Origin: Rhina ancylostomus
Taxonomy: Eukaryota
Direction: 5' to 3'
Assembly (NCBI GenBank): GCA_030265395.1
Contig: JARFYF010000017.1
Coordinates: forward strand, 36,393,559 to 36,457,558
Length of the DNA stretch: 64,000 bases
Shown piece after piece: positions 61,513 to 64,000 of this stretch (position 1 is the stretch's first letter; each line of letters begins with the position of its first letter). The position numbers were made by a program, and so were the translations under genes. The notes under the pieces were generated by a model. It saw only the letters and a list, made by a program, of their open reading frames with translations, was not told the origin of the DNA and did no database searches.

Positions 61513-62929
61513 GTTCTGCAATATTGCATTAACTTACTTCTGATTTTCCCCACATTTTCCACCTCATTCTCTGCACTGACCATACTGAAGGGAGTGGCCA
61601 TATGGGTAAATGGCATGCATGGAGTTGTATCTGGTCACAGATGAGTCTGTGTTACCAGTTGATGTCTCTCCAGGTGGGTGAGAGGATATACATCTTGCCT
61701 CTAATCCCCAAGGCAGAGTTCGCTCTCCTCACACTGAGTCCGCTTGGAAGTGTATCTCATGAGAGGCAAGAGAAATGATCAGCACTGAAACTCAAAGCTG
61801 ACTTCCCTCCCCCAGCAGCAATATTTCAGAAGTACCCAGAGGAAACCTGTTCTCTCAGATCCGACGCTGACAATGCGAGTAAAACTGTTGCAAGAGTGGA
61901 GCTTCTGTTTGCTGATCTTGCAGAGGTTGAATGCCAGTACTCCACTCAATGCTCCTGCCTCTGCCAGGACACAACTCCATCACCAAATATCAAACACACT
62001 TCCCCATGTTGTAAATGACCTCCTTCTCTGGAGATTCCCCTTGATGGTTCCAATCTCATGGTCCTGCTGAGTGTGCTCCCACCTCCTTCCCTCCTCCCAC
62101 TCACTGGCAGTCCCAACATTCCAACCTGACCTTACCCCACAAAACTTTGCACTTTAACCTCATTTTTGCTCCCCTCTTGCAGTCTCTGGTGATCTACACT
62201 CCAAATGCTTCCTAGTAATTTACACCATTAATACAATCTTTGATTTGCAAGCATTTGGTTTGTTTACAAATCTTTAGTACAACACCATTGAATCTTTAAG
62301 GCCTGTCCCTTCAACTTCTGAAGTTATTTTTCGCGTTAATGAATGGCACCTCATTTTTCACAAGTTCAATGTAAAGGCACACGTTATACATAATGCATTC
62401 TGCCCACTTTTTTGATTTATGACATTGTGCTTAATAAAACGTTTTCCAGGAATACATCCCTTTCATAAATTGAGAAACGGCTGGATCCCAAACTTCCAAC
62501 CTGCACCCAGTCCATCAGGACAGTTGCAGCTGGCAACTATTCTGCTGTTCGTTTAACCATCTACCCTGTCATAGACCTCTCCTTTTGTTCCTTCCATTCC
62601 TCCTGGCCCAGTTCCCTGTCCTTGTGCTTGGCCTCGAAACTGCACACCTTTTATTGTGCAAGATTTTATTTTACCAAGGGTAGGCTGTAACAGCACTCAT
62701 TTTGGGGCGATATTGCAAAATTGGATTGAGCTCTTCTGTTCATGATCCATGTTGGCCCACTTGATTTTTTCCCAGCATCCAGAATCCCCCAAATGCCACT
62801 ATTTGCTGCAAACTTCCCATTTCTACCTTACCAACACAATACAGAGTTCAGAGCTCCACACTACAAACGTCCCAGTAGGAAGAGGAGCACACCGCACTAC
62901 TCTGTAACTGCAGTGTCCATTCTTACAAC

Positions 62930-63750
62930 TGGGCAGCTTCGGTGTGGGCAGCCATTGACTGCCATCGTGCCTGTAAGAACTTCCCCAAATAACCTGGATC
63001 ATTTCATCAACAGGGAAGGTTTTGCTCTCTCAGAGTGCAACTATCTGCGGATCACAAGATGACCTTCCTCATGGTGAATGCCATGTTTCCAGAAAGCACA
63101 CGACTGCTACACCCCAAGCAAGTGGTCTCCCCCATCCTTCCCCAGGCTACTAAACNNNNNNNNNNNNNNNNNNNNNNNNNNNNNNNNNNNNTCCAGGCAA
63201 ATACAATGAGAGCCAGGCCAAGGGATTCTAGTTCAGACTGCTCTTGGGCTCCTCAAGATGTGTTTCCTGCAGGAGGGCCCTGAAGTACATGACAAGCAGA
63301 CGTGGAAATGTCTGTGCTGAGTGTTGCAGCAGGTGCCACAAAGCCCGAGGGCCACCAGCAGGGTCCTAAGAGCAGCGGGTTACCAAGGCTGGGTTATCCC
63401 CACTTGAGCATCTACAGCCTACTCTCCCAGCTGAATGGAGAGAAGTATTGTTAGCAATGGGCTAGAATATCATTCTTCCTGCTTTGTTCCATTAAATGGG
63501 GTCTCTCACTCCTAGAGCATTAGCCACCTCCTGCCAGGCTCTTCTTGTAGATGGCCCCCTCGTTTCCCTCCCACTCTGTTTACACAGGAATCTCCCTCAT
63601 GTCATATTATCTTGTTGACCAGGACTTTCATTTCTCCTTGAGCAAATGTGGATGCAGTCTCTCTCTCTCTCCCCTGCAGACTCTGTCTTCTCCATAGCAT
63701 CCAAAGTTCACGTTGCTGCTGTGTGCTTGCCATAGGGAGTGTACCTTTAA
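62930..63750 (+). mobile_element. PIF/Harbinger transposase relic
   Basis: VWAAIDCH, HFINREGF, VQLSADHKMTFLMVNAMFPEST, GYP and CCVL appear in HARBI1 order (GAIDCTH, F.NRKGFHSLNVQLVCD, A.FPGS.HD, GD.GYP, CCMLHN), with frameshifts. Confidence 0.75.
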
Positions 63751-64000
63751 GGCTGGCACTCTTCTCTGATTGGCCTATGGTGAAGTGTCAGGAGCTGCAC
63801 TAAACTGAGCGAGTTCAGTGGAGAATAGCATGTTTTGTTTCAGTCCATATTTCTGAGTATCACCCACCCAATGCCATTTCACACTAGTTTTGGCCTATTT
63901 CATGATTCTCTGCAAGGCATCTGACTTGGCATTAGAACTGAACACAACTGTACATTAGCACGTCAACAACTAGGGCAATCAATTGCAAAGCAGTTGGCAT

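Noticed and set aside
1-64000. Prokaryotic-type systems (CRISPR arrays, operons), tRNA or rRNA genes
   Set aside because: None seen; the sequence is vertebrate intronic, UTR and intergenic DNA.

Overview
Eukaryotic (vertebrate) genomic DNA with several N-gaps. The repeat complement (CR1, L2, RTE and Rex1/Babar LINEs, Penelope-like elements, HE1/V-SINE-like and PIF/Harbinger relics) points to a cartilaginous fish (inference). The only protein-coding exon I can support is the terminal exon of nfatc3 (+, 26984-27105, VNEIIGRDMSQI...). It is followed by a ~3.9 kb 3' UTR, so 1-26983 is read as the last nfatc3 intron. Inside that intron is a ~7.8 kb zone with no recognisable transposons (10.6-18.4 kb). 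It holds four candidate short cassette exons that share an identical TGTG|GTAA donor, a fifth candidate, and several stem-loops. This looks like a system for swapping the NFATc3 C-terminal tail and is the most interesting signal here. It is predicted from splice signals only. The 3' UTR has a CpG-rich, potentially structured block. Downstream (31-64 kb) is mostly decayed TEs, with hints of a convergent minus-strand transcript. TE boundaries are approximate, and almost all ORFs in the supplied track are spurious or TE-derived.
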